From: Hyphomicrobiales bacterium
GTDB taxonomy: Bacteria > Pseudomonadota > Alphaproteobacteria > Rhizobiales > TMED25
DNA length: 64,000 bases
Assembly: GCA_038131735.1 (NCBI GenBank)
Contig: JAYPPX010000001.1
Span: 1,274,920-1,338,919 of the forward strand
Direction of reading: 5' to 3'
This document shows, in pieces, positions 51,737 through 63,351 of the stretch (its first letter is position 1; every line of letters starts with the position of its first letter). The position numbers were made by a program, and so were the translations under genes. The notes under the pieces are model-generated. The model was given only the letters and a program-made list of their open reading frames with translations. It did no database searches and was not told where the DNA came from.

Positions 51737-53395
51737 ATGTCAGAATCAGGTGTAAGTGCTAATCGTTTAGAATTACTTCAAATTGCAGATGCTGTTGCTC
51801 GAGATAAATCGATTGATAAATCAATTGTTATTTCAGCAATGGAAGATGCAATCCAAAAAGCAGCAAAAACAAGATATGGCAGTGAAAATGAAATTAAGGC
51901 AGAAATTGATCCAAAAACTGGTCAAACCAACCTGGCAAGACTTCTTGAAGTGGTTGAGGTGGTTGAAAATGAAGCAGTTGAGATTGACTTAGCCTCAGCA
52001 AAAAAGAAAAATAAAGAAGCTCAAATTGGTGACTTTATTTCCGAAGAACTTCCACCAATTGAATTTGGAAGAATTGCTGCTCAAAGCGCTAAACAAGTAA
52101 TATTCCAAAAAGTAAGAGATGCAGAGAGAGATAGACAATTCGAAGAGTTTAAAGACAAAATAGGTGAAGTTATCTCTGGAATTGTAAAAAGAGTTGAATA
52201 TGGTAATGTTATAGTTGATTTAGGTAGAAACGAGGCAATTATCAGGCGAGATGAATTAATTCCAAGAGAATCCTTCAGAAGCGGTGATAGAGTTTTGGCA
52301 TATATTCTAGATGTTAGGAGAGAATTACGAGGACCACAAATATTTCTTTCACGAACAAATAATCAATTTATGGCAAAATTATTTATGCAAGAAGTTCCTG
52401 AAATCTATGATGGTATTGTAGAAATTTTATCTGTTGCGCGAGACCCTGGTAGCCGCGCAAAAATTGCAGTTTATACTTCAGATAATTCAATCGACCCTGT
52501 TGGGGCTTGTGTTGGAATGAGAGGAAGTAGAGTGCAATCTGTAGTTAATGAATTACAAGGGGAAAAAATAGATATCGTTAAATGGAGCCCTGATGTTGCA
52601 ACTTTTGTTATAAGTTCTCTCGCTCCAGCAGAGGCAACAAAGGTTGTTTTAGATGAGGATATTGAGAGAATCGAAGTAGTTGTTCCTGATGATCACCTAT
52701 CACTTGCCATAGGAAGAAGAGGTCAAAATGTTAGGTTGGCTAGCCAACTGACAAAATGGGATATAGATATATTGACAGAAGCTGAAGAGTCTGAAAGAAG
52801 ACAGAGCGAGTTTGTAGAAAAAAGTCAAATCTTCATAGACGCACTAGATGTAGATGAAGTAATTGCACAATTACTCGTCTCAGAAGGTTTTATGTCAATA
52901 GAAGATTTAGTATATGTTGAAACTTCAGAAATTTCATCAATAGAGGGCTTTGATGAAGATACAGCTATCGAGATACAATCTCGAGCAAAAACTTCTATGG
53001 AACAAGAAATACAAAAACAAGAAGAGAGAAGAAAAGAACTTGGTGTCAGTGATGAATTACTACAGATTGAAGGTATAAATACAAACATGCTTGTAGTACT
53101 TGGTGAAAACAATATTAAATCATTAGACGACTTTGCTGGTTTCTCAACTGATGAATTATTCGGTTGGGTTGAAAAAACAGAATTGGGTAGCAAAAAACAA
53201 GAGGGTTTATTCTCAGGTTTTGATTTGAGTCGTGATCAAGTGGAAAAAATGATACTTGACACAAGAGTAAAACTTGGCTGGATTCAAAATGAAGACTTAT
53301 CGGAAGAAACTCAAGCAAATGTATCTGAAAATACCTCTGAAGAGATAAAAATTGATATCTCTGAAAAACTTGCAAATGCTAGAATCCTAAAGTAA
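51737..53395 (+). CDS. nusA: Transcription termination factor NusA
   Basis: FGRIAAQSAKQVI, ARDPGSRAK, GACVGMRG, AIGRRGQNVRLA. Confidence 0.98.
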   Translation: MSESGVSANRLELLQIADAVARDKSIDKSIVISAMEDAIQKAAKTRYGSENEIKAEIDPKTGQTNLARLLEVVEVVENEAVEIDLASAKKKNKEAQIGDFISEELPPIEFGRIAAQSAKQVIFQKVRDAERDRQFEEFKDKIGEVISGIVKRVEYGNVIVDLGRNEAIIRRDELIPRESFRSGDRVLAYILDVRRELRGPQIFLSRTNNQFMAKLFMQEVPEIYDGIVEILSVARDPGSRAKIAVYTSDNSIDPVGACVGMRGSRVQSVVNELQGEKIDIVKWSPDVATFVISSLAPAEATKVVLDEDIERIEVVVPDDHLSLAIGRRGQNVRLASQLTKWDIDILTEAEESERRQSEFVEKSQIFIDALDVDEVIAQLLVSEGFMSIEDLVYVETSEISSIEGFDEDTAIEIQSRAKTSMEQEIQKQEERRKELGVSDELLQIEGINTNMLVVLGENNIKSLDDFAGFSTDELFGWVEKTELGSKKQEGLFSGFDLSRDQVEKMILDTRVKLGWIQNEDLSEETQANVSENTSEEIKIDISEKLANARILK

Positions 53396-53418
53396 ATAAT
53401 GATAATTTGGTTTGTTAG

Positions 53419-55827
53419 ATGACAGAAGATAAAAACAAAAAAGATCTGGTAGAAAAAACTGCGAAAAAGACTTTAAGCCTTAAGTCCGGAATTAACCCAT
53501 CTCAAATAAGATCTGGATTTAGTGCTAATCGATCAAATACTGTTGTAGTTGAAACCAAAAGAAAAAGAGTCAATAGAAATATTGAAAATGTTAAATCTGA
53601 TAAGGTAGAGAACAAAGATCTTACAAATCAAGAAATAGATGCCAGAAATCAAGCAATACTTGATGCAAAAAATAACCCTTCAACACCAAAACCTGAAAAT
53701 CGTATTAAATTTAAAAATGAAGAAGTTACTGCTGCAACAGATTCTGCAATAACTAATGATGAAGAAAAAAAAGAACAAATCTCTCCGGATGAAATCTTTC
53801 TACTTCAAGAAAATGAAAATAATAAAAAATTAAAAAAGACATCTGATACGGATGAAACAGACGAATTTAATGAAAAAGAGGAAGATGTAGAAGATAAAAA
53901 ATCTCCTAATAAATTCACGAGGTTTAGAAGCCAAGAGGAAAGAAGACAAACAAAACTAACTGTTACAACTGCTCTAGATGATAATCCGAGACAAAGATCT
54001 TTGGCATCAATCAGAAGAAGACGTGAAAGAGAAAGAAGACAACACTCATCACCAATGCCAACACAAAAAATTAGTCGTGAAATTATACTTCCTGAAGCAA
54101 TCACAATTCAAGAATTAGCAAATAGAATGGCTGAAAGAGCGGTTGATGTGATTAAACTACTTATGAAACAAGGACAAATGAGTAAAATCACAGACGTCAT
54201 TGATGCTGATACCGCTCAGTTGATAGCTGAAGAATTAGGCCACACAGTAAAAAGAGTATCAGAAGCAGATGTAGAAGAAGGCCTAGAAGGTATAGAAGAT
54301 TCGGAAGAAGAGTTGGTTACAAGACCCCCTGTTGTAACAATCATGGGACATGTGGACCATGGTAAAACAAGCCTACTTGACTCATTAAGAGAAACAAGCG
54401 TTGTGTCTGGTGAAGCGGGTGGTATTACCCAACATATAGGGGCATATCAACTTCAAACAAAAGGCGAATACCCTATTACTTTTATTGATACCCCGGGTCA
54501 CGCAGCATTCACATCAATGAGATCCAGAGGTGCCAAAGTTACTGATATTGTTGTAATTGTTGTGGCCGCAAATGATGGTGTCATGCCTCAAACGATCGAA
54601 GCAATAAATCACTCAAAAGAAGCGAATGTTCCTATCATAGTTGCAATAAACAAAATTGATTTAGAAGGAGCAGACCCCAACAGAGTCAGAAATGAGCTAT
54701 TAACTCATGAAATAATTGTTGAGTCATTAGGTGGAGAAATCCTGGAGGTTGAAGTTTCCGCTACTAAAAAAATCAATTTAGATAAACTTCTAGAAACAAT
54801 CTTGCTGCAATCAGAAATACTAGATCTAAAAGCAAATCCAAATAGAACTGCTGATGGGGTTGTCATAGAGTCTTCATTAGATAAGGGTAAAGGCCCAATT
54901 GCAACCGTTCTGGTACAAAGAGGAACACTAAATATTGGAGATATCGTCGTACTAGGAGCCACTTGGGGGAAAGTGAGAGCTCTATCAGATGATAATGGTC
55001 AACCAATAATAAAAGCACTCCCATCAGTTCCCACAGAAATCCTTGGATTAAATGGTGTTCCGGAAGCAGGTGATAAATTTACTGTTGTTAATAGTGAGTC
55101 AAGAGCGCGCGAAATTACAGAATATAGACAAAGAAAAACAAAAAATTTCTCTTCTGGAATGGTAAATAAGCTAACTTTAGAAAATATGATGGGTCAAATA
55201 AAAGAAAAAAATCTTAAAGAATTACCAATTTTAATTAAGGGTGATACTCAGGGTTCCATTGAAGCTATTAGTGCTGCATTGAACGAACTTGGATCAGATG
55301 AAGTGACTGTAAGATTAGTTCACACGGCTGTTGGTGCAGTATCAGAAACCGATGTTACGCTAGCAGCTGCCTCAAATGCATTATTGATTGCATTTAATGT
55401 AAGACCAAATTCCAATGCTAAACTACAAGCACAAAAAGATGAAATAGAAATCAGGCAGTATTCAATCATCTACAATATTATAGATGACATCAAGTTAGCT
55501 CTATCAGGACTCTTAGACCCAACAATCAATGAAAAAGTAATTGGTAATGCTCAAGTCAAAGAGGTTTTCTATATATCAAAAGTTGGGAAGGTTGCTGGAT
55601 GTATAGTCACTGATGGTGTGGTTAAAAACAAAGAAAATTTGCGGCTAATTCGTGACAATATAGTTATTCATGAAGGTAAACTCTCCACATTAAAAAGATT
55701 CCAAGAAGAAGTAAAAGAGGTCCAGGTAAGTCAAGAGTGTGGTATTGCATTCCAAAACTATCAAGATCTTAAATCAGGTGATATCATAGAATGTTATGAG
55801 GTTGAGACAATAGAAAGATCACTTTAA
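53419..55827 (+). CDS. infB: Translation initiation factor IF-2
   Basis: [27 protein letters not shown]. Confidence 0.99.
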   Translation: MTEDKNKKDLVEKTAKKTLSLKSGINPSQIRSGFSANRSNTVVVETKRKRVNRNIENVKSDKVENKDLTNQEIDARNQAILDAKNNPSTPKPENRIKFKNEEVTAATDSAITNDEEKKEQISPDEIFLLQENENNKKLKKTSDTDETDEFNEKEEDVEDKKSPNKFTRFRSQEERRQTKLTVTTALDDNPRQRSLASIRRRRERERRQHSSPMPTQKISREIILPEAITIQELANRMAERAVDVIKLLMKQGQMSKITDVIDADTAQLIAEELGHTVKRVSEADVEEGLEGIEDSEEELVTRPPVVTIMGHVDHGKTSLLDSLRETSVVSGEAGGITQHIGAYQLQTKGEYPITFIDTPGHAAFTSMRSRGAKVTDIVVIVVAANDGVMPQTIEAINHSKEANVPIIVAINKIDLEGADPNRVRNELLTHEIIVESLGGEILEVEVSATKKINLDKLLETILLQSEILDLKANPNRTADGVVIESSLDKGKGPIATVLVQRGTLNIGDIVVLGATWGKVRALSDDNGQPIIKALPSVPTEILGLNGVPEAGDKFTVVNSESRAREITEYRQRKTKNFSSGMVNKLTLENMMGQIKEKNLKELPILIKGDTQGSIEAISAALNELGSDEVTVRLVHTAVGAVSETDVTLAAASNALLIAFNVRPNSNAKLQAQKDEIEIRQYSIIYNIIDDIKLALSGLLDPTINEKVIGNAQVKEVFYISKVGKVAGCIVTDGVVKNKENLRLIRDNIVIHEGKLSTLKRFQEEVKEVQVSQECGIAFQNYQDLKSGDIIECYEVETIERSL

Positions 55828-55828
55828 A

Positions 55829-56206
55829 ATGCTCAAGAGCAAAATACAAAAGAATATTTATAGCCAAAGACAGCTTAAAGTTGGAGAATTAGTAAAAAAA
55901 TCCCTCGTAGAATTTTTTTATAGGGATAGCATACATGATCCTGATCTTATTAATACATCAATTACAATCACACAAGTCACATTAAGCCCAGATTTAAAAC
56001 AAGCAACTGCATATGTGATGCCTCTTGGGGGTAATAACACAGAAGAAATTGTAACAGCACTAAACAGAAACTCTAAATATATTAGAGGGCAAATCGCAGC
56101 TACTTTATCTCTTAAATATACACCCTATATCATCTATAAAGAGGACGCATCTTTTGAATATGCATCTAAAATTGATCGCTTGTTAGATAAAGTATCTAAT
56201 AATTAA
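55829..56206 (+). CDS. rbfA: Ribosome-binding factor A
   Basis: SQRQLKVGE, SPDLKQA, LKYTP; follows infB. Confidence 0.94.
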   Translation: MLKSKIQKNIYSQRQLKVGELVKKSLVEFFYRDSIHDPDLINTSITITQVTLSPDLKQATAYVMPLGGNNTEEIVTALNRNSKYIRGQIAATLSLKYTPYIIYKEDASFEYASKIDRLLDKVSNN

Positions 56207-56227
56207 TTCCTTTATTGGTAATCACAT

Positions 56228-57145
56228 ATGCCAAGAAAAAAGATCAACATAATAAATGGTTGGATTAATATTTTTAAAACTGAGGGCAAAACATCAAATA
56301 ATATAATAAGTGATTTAAAAAAAATATTTAAAGATCATAAGATTGGTCATGCTGGAACACTTGACCCAATGGCAACAGGTGTGCTTCCTATCGCAATAGG
56401 TGAGGCAACAAAGACTGTCCCCTATATTCATAAAAAAAATAAGACATACAAATTTAATATCAAATTTGGTATTTCAACTGAAACTGATGACTCAATGGGT
56501 AAAATAATTGAAACATCACATAATATCCCAGATATCAATGATATTAATAAATTCGTTCTTTCCTATACTGGCTATATAAATCAGGTTCCACCAATATACT
56601 CTGCAAAAAAAATTAATGGTGTCCGCGCATATGCTCTGGCAAGAGCAGGAGGTAAACCAGATATGAAAAATAAATCAAAAATCATCTATATTGATGAATT
56701 TGAATTAATCAAACAAATATCCAAAACTGAATTCTCATTTATTGTTAGATGTGGAACAGGAACATACATTAGGGCAATTTCAAAAGATATGGGCATAGAT
56801 CTCAACTGCTGTTGCCATGTGACAAAAATAGAGCGTACTAACTATGGTCCGTTCAACTTACAAAATATTTTATCTATTGATGGACTTACACAACAAAACC
56901 ATGATATAGATAACCTGATTAAGGTTGTTGAACCGATTGAGACTGTGCTGGACGACATCCTGGCAGTTAAAGTCAACAACCATGATGCCAGCAAATTAAA
57001 AAATGGTATGTCTATCAGCCAATATATTGATAGTGAACACCCTTTTTCTGGAGAAGTCTATGCTACTTGTGAAGGAAATATTATAGCTATCTGCAAATAT
57101 GCTAACGGACAAATTCAACCACAAAAAGTTTTTAATTTGCAATAG
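56228..57145 (+). CDS. truB: tRNA pseudouridine(55) synthase
   Basis: [21 protein letters not shown]. Confidence 0.96.
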   Translation: MPRKKINIINGWINIFKTEGKTSNNIISDLKKIFKDHKIGHAGTLDPMATGVLPIAIGEATKTVPYIHKKNKTYKFNIKFGISTETDDSMGKIIETSHNIPDINDINKFVLSYTGYINQVPPIYSAKKINGVRAYALARAGGKPDMKNKSKIIYIDEFELIKQISKTEFSFIVRCGTGTYIRAISKDMGIDLNCCCHVTKIERTNYGPFNLQNILSIDGLTQQNHDIDNLIKVVEPIETVLDDILAVKVNNHDASKLKNGMSISQYIDSEHPFSGEVYATCEGNIIAICKYANGQIQPQKVFNLQ

Positions 57146-57173
57146 ATTAAAACACAATACACAGGAGAATATG

Positions 57174-57443
57174 ATGTCGATTACAAAAGAAATAAAAAAA
57201 GACCTAATAACTAAATACGCAAGAATTGATGGTGATACTGGCTCACCTGAAGTTCAAATAGCAATACTAACTGAACGTATTGTTAATCTAACTGAACACT
57301 TTAAAACTCATAAGAAAGATAATCATTCACGAACTGGACTACTAAAACTAGTTAGTCAGAGACGTAAACAGTTAGATTATTTAAAGATGAAAAACGAAGC
57401 TAAATATAAAGAAATAATCAAAGATTTAGGAATTAGAAGATAG
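57174..57443 (+). CDS. rpsO: 30S ribosomal protein S15
   Basis: [24 protein letters not shown] before ATG 57174 gives 89 aa (track start 57099 is too long). Confidence 0.97.
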   Translation: MSITKEIKKDLITKYARIDGDTGSPEVQIAILTERIVNLTEHFKTHKKDNHSRTGLLKLVSQRRKQLDYLKMKNEAKYKEIIKDLGIRR

Positions 57444-57461
57444 ATAATAGATTGGAAAAGA

Positions 57462-59627
57462 ATGTTTAACATACATACAGAAGAAATTACTTGGGGTGGC
57501 AGAAATCTCAAGATAGAGACAGGAAAAATAGCAAGGCAAGCAGATGGAGCCGTGATTGTAACATACGGAGGTACATCTGTTATCGCCACTGTTTGTGCAG
57601 AAAAAAAACCAAAGCCAGGCCTTGATTTTTTTCCTCTCACGGTAAATTACCAGGAAAAATCCTACGCATCTGGTAAAATTCCTGGTGGATATTTCAAACG
57701 TGAGGGACGGCCTACAGAAAAAGAAACGCTGATTTCCAGGCTTATAGATAGGCCTATCCGCCCCCTTTTTGTAAAAGAATTTAAAAATGAAACACAGGTA
57801 ATTGCAACAGTGTTAACATATGATCATGAAAATGATCCTGACATCGTTGCTATGATAGCTTGTTCAGCAGCTCTAACCATATCTGGAATTCCTTTTAAAG
57901 GACCTATAGGTGCTGCAAAAGTTGGATATCAAAATAATGAATATATATTAAATCCAACCACAAGTGAAATGGAGGATACAAGCCTTGAGCTAGTTGTTGC
58001 AGGCACTAAAAATGCAATATTAATGATTGAGTCTGAAGCATCAGAGTTAAGTGAAAAAGTAATGTTAGACGCTGTTATGTTTGCGCATGACTCAATGCAA
58101 GATGTGATTGAAATGATCAAAAACCTTGCAAGAAAATGTGCCAAAGATCCGATGGAAATTGAATCAAAAGATCACTCAACCATGGAAACCTTTATAAAAG
58201 AAATAGCGAAGGTCAAATTAGAGGGTGCATTCAAAATCATTGATAAACAGGATAGATACACTGAAGTTGCAAAAATCAGAGATTTTGTATTTGAAGAATT
58301 ATCAAAAGAATATGGAGAAGATTATGATGATATTGCTGCATCTGATATTTTCAAAAATATAGAAAGTGATATCGTCCGCACTCTCATATTAAAAGACTCA
58401 AAAAGAATTGATGGCAGAGGTTTGGCAGACATTAGGCCAATATCCGTCGAGGTTGGTACACTTGCTCAAACACATGGTTCTTCACTTTTCACCAGAGGTG
58501 AAACACAAGCACTAGTTGTTACAACTCTTGGAACGGCTGAAGACGAACAATACATTGACTCTTTAGATGGTACTAAAAAAGAAAATTTTCTATTACATTA
58601 CAACTTCCCTCCATATTCTGTAGGTGAAGTCGGTAGAATTGGTGCAACAGGTAGAAGAGAAATTGGTCATGGAAAGCTTGCATGGCGAGCCATTCATCCA
58701 CTACTTCCAAGTAAAGATGATTTTCCTTATACTATTAGAATTGTCTCAGAAATAACCGAATCAAATGGATCCTCTTCAATGGCAAGCGTATGCGGAGCTT
58801 CTCTATCTCTAATGGATGCAGGCGTTCCAATAAGAGAGCCAATTGCTGGTATTGCTATGGGATTAATTCTAGAAGGAAAAGAATATGCAGTTCTATCTGA
58901 CATTATTGGGGATGAGGATCATCTAGGTGATATGGACTTCAAAGTTGCAGGTACTAGTAAGGGAATTACCACACTACAAATGGATATAAAAATAGCTGGT
59001 ATAACAAAAGAAATTATGAAAAAAGCTCTTGATCAAGCCAAAGATGGTAGAAAACATATTCTATCTGAAATGCAAAAAGCTATTAAAACCTCACGAGATG
59101 ATGTTGCAGATAATGCTCCAAGAATTGTGACTATGAACATCCCTGTAGATAAAATAAAAGATGTGATCGGTTCAGGGGGTAAAGTTATTAAAGAAATGGT
59201 TGAGCAGACAGGTGCAAAAATAAGTGTTGAAGATTCAGGAGTTATAACAATCGCTTCCGCTGACAAGAATGCAATTGAAATGGCAAAAGAGAGAATTCAC
59301 ATGATCGTTGATGAGCCAGAAGTCGGAGAGATTTATAAGGGTAAAATTGTTAAGATTGTTGATTTTGGAGCTTTTGTCAATTTCTTTGGTCCTAGAGATG
59401 GATTAGTCCATATATCACAATTAAGCAACGAAAGAACTTCACAAGTGACTGACGTTGTAAATGAAGATGAAGAGGTGTATGTAAAACTAATCGGCTTTGA
59501 TGACAGAGGAAAGGCTAGGTTGTCAATGAAAGGACTTGATCAAAAAACAGGTCTTGAAGTTAATGGTGATACGTCAACTGAAGATGAGGTTAAACCTAAA
59601 AAAGCTAGGAAAAAGAAAAAGGATTAA
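57462..59627 (+). CDS. pnp: Polyribonucleotide nucleotidyltransferase
   Basis: [38 protein letters not shown] and S1 domains. Confidence 0.99.
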   Translation: MFNIHTEEITWGGRNLKIETGKIARQADGAVIVTYGGTSVIATVCAEKKPKPGLDFFPLTVNYQEKSYASGKIPGGYFKREGRPTEKETLISRLIDRPIRPLFVKEFKNETQVIATVLTYDHENDPDIVAMIACSAALTISGIPFKGPIGAAKVGYQNNEYILNPTTSEMEDTSLELVVAGTKNAILMIESEASELSEKVMLDAVMFAHDSMQDVIEMIKNLARKCAKDPMEIESKDHSTMETFIKEIAKVKLEGAFKIIDKQDRYTEVAKIRDFVFEELSKEYGEDYDDIAASDIFKNIESDIVRTLILKDSKRIDGRGLADIRPISVEVGTLAQTHGSSLFTRGETQALVVTTLGTAEDEQYIDSLDGTKKENFLLHYNFPPYSVGEVGRIGATGRREIGHGKLAWRAIHPLLPSKDDFPYTIRIVSEITESNGSSSMASVCGASLSLMDAGVPIREPIAGIAMGLILEGKEYAVLSDIIGDEDHLGDMDFKVAGTSKGITTLQMDIKIAGITKEIMKKALDQAKDGRKHILSEMQKAIKTSRDDVADNAPRIVTMNIPVDKIKDVIGSGGKVIKEMVEQTGAKISVEDSGVITIASADKNAIEMAKERIHMIVDEPEVGEIYKGKIVKIVDFGAFVNFFGPRDGLVHISQLSNERTSQVTDVVNEDEEVYVKLIGFDDRGKARLSMKGLDQKTGLEVNGDTSTEDEVKPKKARKKKKD

Positions 59628-59643
59628 ACACCTATTTTAAAAC

Positions 59644-60492
59644 CTAATCCTGATTTTCGTAAATTGTTTTATCTTGAAGCATATCTGGGCGTGGGGTAGA
59701 TATAATATTGTACCCAGAGTCAACATAATGTACCTCGCCCGTAACACCTGAAGAAAGATCACTAAGAAGATATATTGATGCTCCACCAATTTCATCAAGA
59801 GTGACGGTTCTTCTTAAAGGTGAATGTGTTTTTTGGAAATTAAACATGGCTCTTGCATCTGCAATACCACCACCCGCTAATGTTCTCATAGGACCAGCTG
59901 ATATTGCATTTACTCTGATACCTCTCTCACCAAAATCTGAGGCGAGATATCTAACCGAAGACTCCAATCCTGCTTTTGCAATTCCCATCACATTATAATT
60001 TGGCATAACTTTATTAGCGCCATCAAATGTTAATGTGATTATTGATCCATTATTATTCATAATTTTTTGTGCTTCTCTTGCTATTTCTGTAAGTGAATAA
60101 CATGATATAAGCATAGTCTTTACAAAATTTTCCTTTGTTGTCTCATAATAATGACCTTTTAACTCGCTTTTATCCGAGAATGCAATTGCATGAACAAGAA
60201 AATCGATTTTACCCCACTCTTTACCGATTTTATCAAAAAAATCAGTAACTTGTTCACTAGACTCGACATCACAAGGTAATATTAACTTTGAACCCAACTC
60301 CTTGGCAAGCGGCTCAACTCTTTTCTTTAATGTTTCAGTTTGATATGAAAATGCAATTTCAGCGCCGGCTGCTGATAAAGATCTCGCAATGCCCCATGCA
60401 ATTGAATGATCATTTGCAACACCCATCACAACACCCCTCTTTCCCTTCATGAGAGATAAATTTAAATTTGAGGTACTTATTTTGGTATTCAT
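59644..60492 (-). CDS. fabI: Enoyl-ACP reductase
   Basis: GVANDHSIAWGIA, YNVMGIAKA, NAISAGP, VDSG. Confidence 0.96.
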   Translation of the reverse strand: MNTKISTSNLNLSLMKGKRGVVMGVANDHSIAWGIARSLSAAGAEIAFSYQTETLKKRVEPLAKELGSKLILPCDVESSEQVTDFFDKIGKEWGKIDFLVHAIAFSDKSELKGHYYETTKENFVKTMLISCYSLTEIAREAQKIMNNNGSIITLTFDGANKVMPNYNVMGIAKAGLESSVRYLASDFGERGIRVNAISAGPMRTLAGGGIADARAMFNFQKTHSPLRRTVTLDEIGGASIYLLSDLSSGVTGEVHYVDSGYNIISTPRPDMLQDKTIYENQD

Positions 60493-61707
60493 CTAATTTA
60501 CTTTCTGGAATACTAGACAAGCATTTGTTCCACCAAAACCAAAAGCATTTGACATAACAACATTTATTTCTTTATTTTCTTTTCTTTCAAGTGCTATAGG
60601 AATGTCTTCAAAATTTGAGTCCAATGTATCAATATTAGCAGATTTACAAATAAAATTATTTTCCATCATTATAAGTGAGAATATGGCTTCATGTGCGCCA
60701 GCAGCTCCTAGTGAATGCCCACTCAAAGATTTTGTTGCAGAAATTATTGGTACATTTTTACCGAAGAAATTCTTAATCGCATTTGCTTCAATTATATCAC
60801 CTTGTGGGGTTGATGTGGCATGTGGATTAATGTAATCAATATCTTCTTTTAAATCAGAAGTTGCTAATTTCATTGCTCTTTCTGCACCTTCACCTGATAA
60901 TAAAACCATATCATTACCATCTGATGTTGACCCATAACCAACTATTTCTGCATATATCTTAGCTCCGCGTGCTTTAGCATGCTCAAATTCTTCTAAAATT
61001 AGAATCCCAGCACCACCTGCGATGACAAATCCATCCCGATTTAAATCATAAGCACGACTTGCTCTATGAGGTTCATCATTAAAATTTGATGACATTGCGC
61101 CCATAGCATCAAATGTAACAGATAGTGTCCAATCGAGTTCTTCTCCTCCGCCAGCGATCATTACATCCTGACTTCCCCACTTAATGAGTTCGTATGAGCT
61201 TCCTATACAATTATTTGAAGTCGCGCAAGCTGAAGAAATAGAGTAGTTAACACCCTTAATTCCCAAATATGTAGATAATGTTGCTGAAGCCATTGAACAC
61301 ATAGCTTTAGGTACAACAAATGGCCCTACATGTTTTGCACCTCGTTCCCTAGTTTGATCGGCAGCCTTAACTATTGCCCTTGTTGATGGTCCACCAGTAC
61401 CAACTATAAGACCAGTTCTTTCATTTGACACTTCACTTTCTGTAAGGCCTGCATCTGCTATTGCTTGTTCGGCTGATATATATGCCCATGCTGATCCGTC
61501 AGCCAAAAATCGAAGCTTTCTTCTATCTATATATTTTTCTAATTCAATGGTTGGGTTACCATACACTTGTGACTTAAAACCATAGCTACCATAGTCAACA
61601 GCTTTAGTAATACCTGGTTTACATTCAAAAAGAGACTTTTTAACATCATCTACGTTATTCCCTATACTGGAAACAATACCCATTCCAGTTACTACAACTC
61701 TTCGCAA
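60493..61707 (-). CDS. fabB: Beta-ketoacyl-ACP synthase I
   Basis: RRVVVTG, SSACATS, HATST, KSLSGHSLG, FGFGG; follows fabA. Confidence 0.95.
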   Translation of the reverse strand: MRRVVVTGMGIVSSIGNNVDDVKKSLFECKPGITKAVDYGSYGFKSQVYGNPTIELEKYIDRRKLRFLADGSAWAYISAEQAIADAGLTESEVSNERTGLIVGTGGPSTRAIVKAADQTRERGAKHVGPFVVPKAMCSMASATLSTYLGIKGVNYSISSACATSNNCIGSSYELIKWGSQDVMIAGGGEELDWTLSVTFDAMGAMSSNFNDEPHRASRAYDLNRDGFVIAGGAGILILEEFEHAKARGAKIYAEIVGYGSTSDGNDMVLLSGEGAERAMKLATSDLKEDIDYINPHATSTPQGDIIEANAIKNFFGKNVPIISATKSLSGHSLGAAGAHEAIFSLIMMENNFICKSANIDTLDSNFEDIPIALERKENKEINVVMSNAFGFGGTNACLVFQKVN

Positions 61708-61721
61708 AAACTTATCTCCCT

Positions 61722-62234
61722 TTAATTTTCAAATAAACCAACTTTGAGACCCTCTGCAGAATAAACTTTTTCACCATCCGCAAAGAGTTCACCATCGGCT
61801 ATACCTAAAGTAAGGTTTCTTGTGACTAACTTTTTAATATTAACTTTATACTCTATAAGTTTTATAGAAGGATCAATCATTCCAAAAAATTTTACCTCAC
61901 CCACTCCAAGAGCTCTTCCTTTTCCTGGTCTTCCAAGCCAACCCAGATAAAATCCTAACAACTGCCATAGTGCATCAAGACCGAGACATCCTGGCATTAC
62001 TGGATCATTTTGAAAATGACAATCAAAAAACCATAGGTCATCTTTTATTACCATTTCCGCCATTATCTGACCTTTTGAAAAGGTTCCACCCTCTTCACTT
62101 ATGTGGGATATTTTATCAAACATTAACATAGGCGGCAAAGGGAGTTTAGCATTTCCAGGACCAAATAATTTTCCCTCAGCGCATTCAATCAATTCATTGT
62201 AAGTAAATGAAGACTTGTTAAATTTAGACATCAA
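61722..62234 (-). CDS. fabA: 3-hydroxydecanoyl-ACP dehydratase/isomerase
   Basis: [28 protein letters not shown]. Confidence 0.97.
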   Translation of the reverse strand: MMSKFNKSSFTYNELIECAEGKLFGPGNAKLPLPPMLMFDKISHISEEGGTFSKGQIMAEMVIKDDLWFFDCHFQNDPVMPGCLGLDALWQLLGFYLGWLGRPGKGRALGVGEVKFFGMIDPSIKLIEYKVNIKKLVTRNLTLGIADGELFADGEKVYSAEGLKVGLFEN

Positions 62235-62312
62235 AGATTCAATAATTTACATTAATATTATTATATTATAAGTTAGATAAAACTAATTTTAATATATATG
62301 ATTAATTTTTAA

Positions 62313-62747
62313 ATGCAAAACCAAACATCAGAAACACAGCCTCTTATGAATAAGATATGCATTATGGGAATGCTAAGAAAGGCTGATATTAAACTAACAA
62401 AGCAAAGAGTATCCTTGGCTAGTATCCTATTTAACCTTAAAAGTGGTCATTTTACTGCTGAAGATCTACATGACGAAACAAAAATCAAAAATCTGAAAAT
62501 TTCCCTCGCGACAGTTTATAATACACTTAACCATTTTTCGCAAAATGGCCTTATAAAAACACTCCAACTTGATAATCAAAAAACATATTATGATCGCAAC
62601 ACTGAAAATCATTACCATGTTAAAACTGGAAACGAAATAGAAGATATTTCAACTGATGCTGTTAAAATAACTCTAGATAATTATGAATTACCTGCAGGGA
62701 AAAAAATTAAATCAATAGATGTTTTGATAACTTTATCAGAAAAATAG
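62313..62747 (+). CDS. irr: Fur-family iron response regulator Irr
   Basis: TKQR, HFTAEDL, SLATVYNTL, HYH; divergent from fabA as is typical in alphaproteobacteria. Confidence 0.8.
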   Translation: MQNQTSETQPLMNKICIMGMLRKADIKLTKQRVSLASILFNLKSGHFTAEDLHDETKIKNLKISLATVYNTLNHFSQNGLIKTLQLDNQKTYYDRNTENHYHVKTGNEIEDISTDAVKITLDNYELPAGKKIKSIDVLITLSEK

Positions 62748-62757
62748 CGAATATATT

Positions 62758-63351
62758 TCATTCAGCAGAGTAAATTTCTTCCCCTCTGTATACTCCATAT
62801 ATCAGCTCTTGAGAAATCCAACCTGTTCTGTCATCTACGCTCACATTACAAATAATGCCATCACATTGAATTATTGATACTATTACTCCTGGTTCTAACT
62901 TTGTTTTAACTTTTAGAGAGTCCTTTGTGTTATATAAATCGTGGTAAATATCAATTTCTTTATTTACTTCCCATGGAGCTATAATACCAGTTCTATTTGA
63001 AGAAATAAGGGTATTCTTTATCCACCCAATATTCGCATCAAAGTCTCTTATCTTACTCCATCCATTAACATCCTCTAGTATTTCAATTGGGATCGATCTT
63101 TTATTATAAGTCCAAATAATACTATGTTCTAAAGATGGGCCTAATCTTACGTTCGTCTTTGTTGCCCTAAGACTCTTAAAATTGTAATCACTGTTATTTG
63201 CTTTTGTGATTTCACCCGATGAGCTTACAACAACTTCTTCAAACTCTTTAAATGCATTATTAAAAGTTTTGGCAGTAAAAAAAATAATACACAAAGTGAT
63301 AATGAAAATAATTGTTATTTTATTTAAAATATACTTCTTAATAACTATCAT
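62758..63351 (-). CDS. SH3 domain-containing protein (two bacterial SH3 domains)
   Basis: TNVRLGPS, WSKIRDFDANIGWI, TGWISQ; N-terminal TM; start 63351 preferred over 63387. Confidence 0.85.
   Translation of the reverse strand: MIVIKKYILNKITIIFIITLCIIFFTAKTFNNAFKEFEEVVVSSSGEITKANNSDYNFKSLRATKTNVRLGPSLEHSIIWTYNKRSIPIEILEDVNGWSKIRDFDANIGWIKNTLISSNRTGIIAPWEVNKEIDIYHDLYNTKDSLKVKTKLEPGVIVSIIQCDGIICNVSVDDRTGWISQELIYGVYRGEEIYSAE

Noticed and set aside
62235..62312. Irr box (ICE) between fabA and irr
   Set aside because: Only a loose resemblance to TTTAGAA-N3-TTCTAAA in extremely AT-rich sequence
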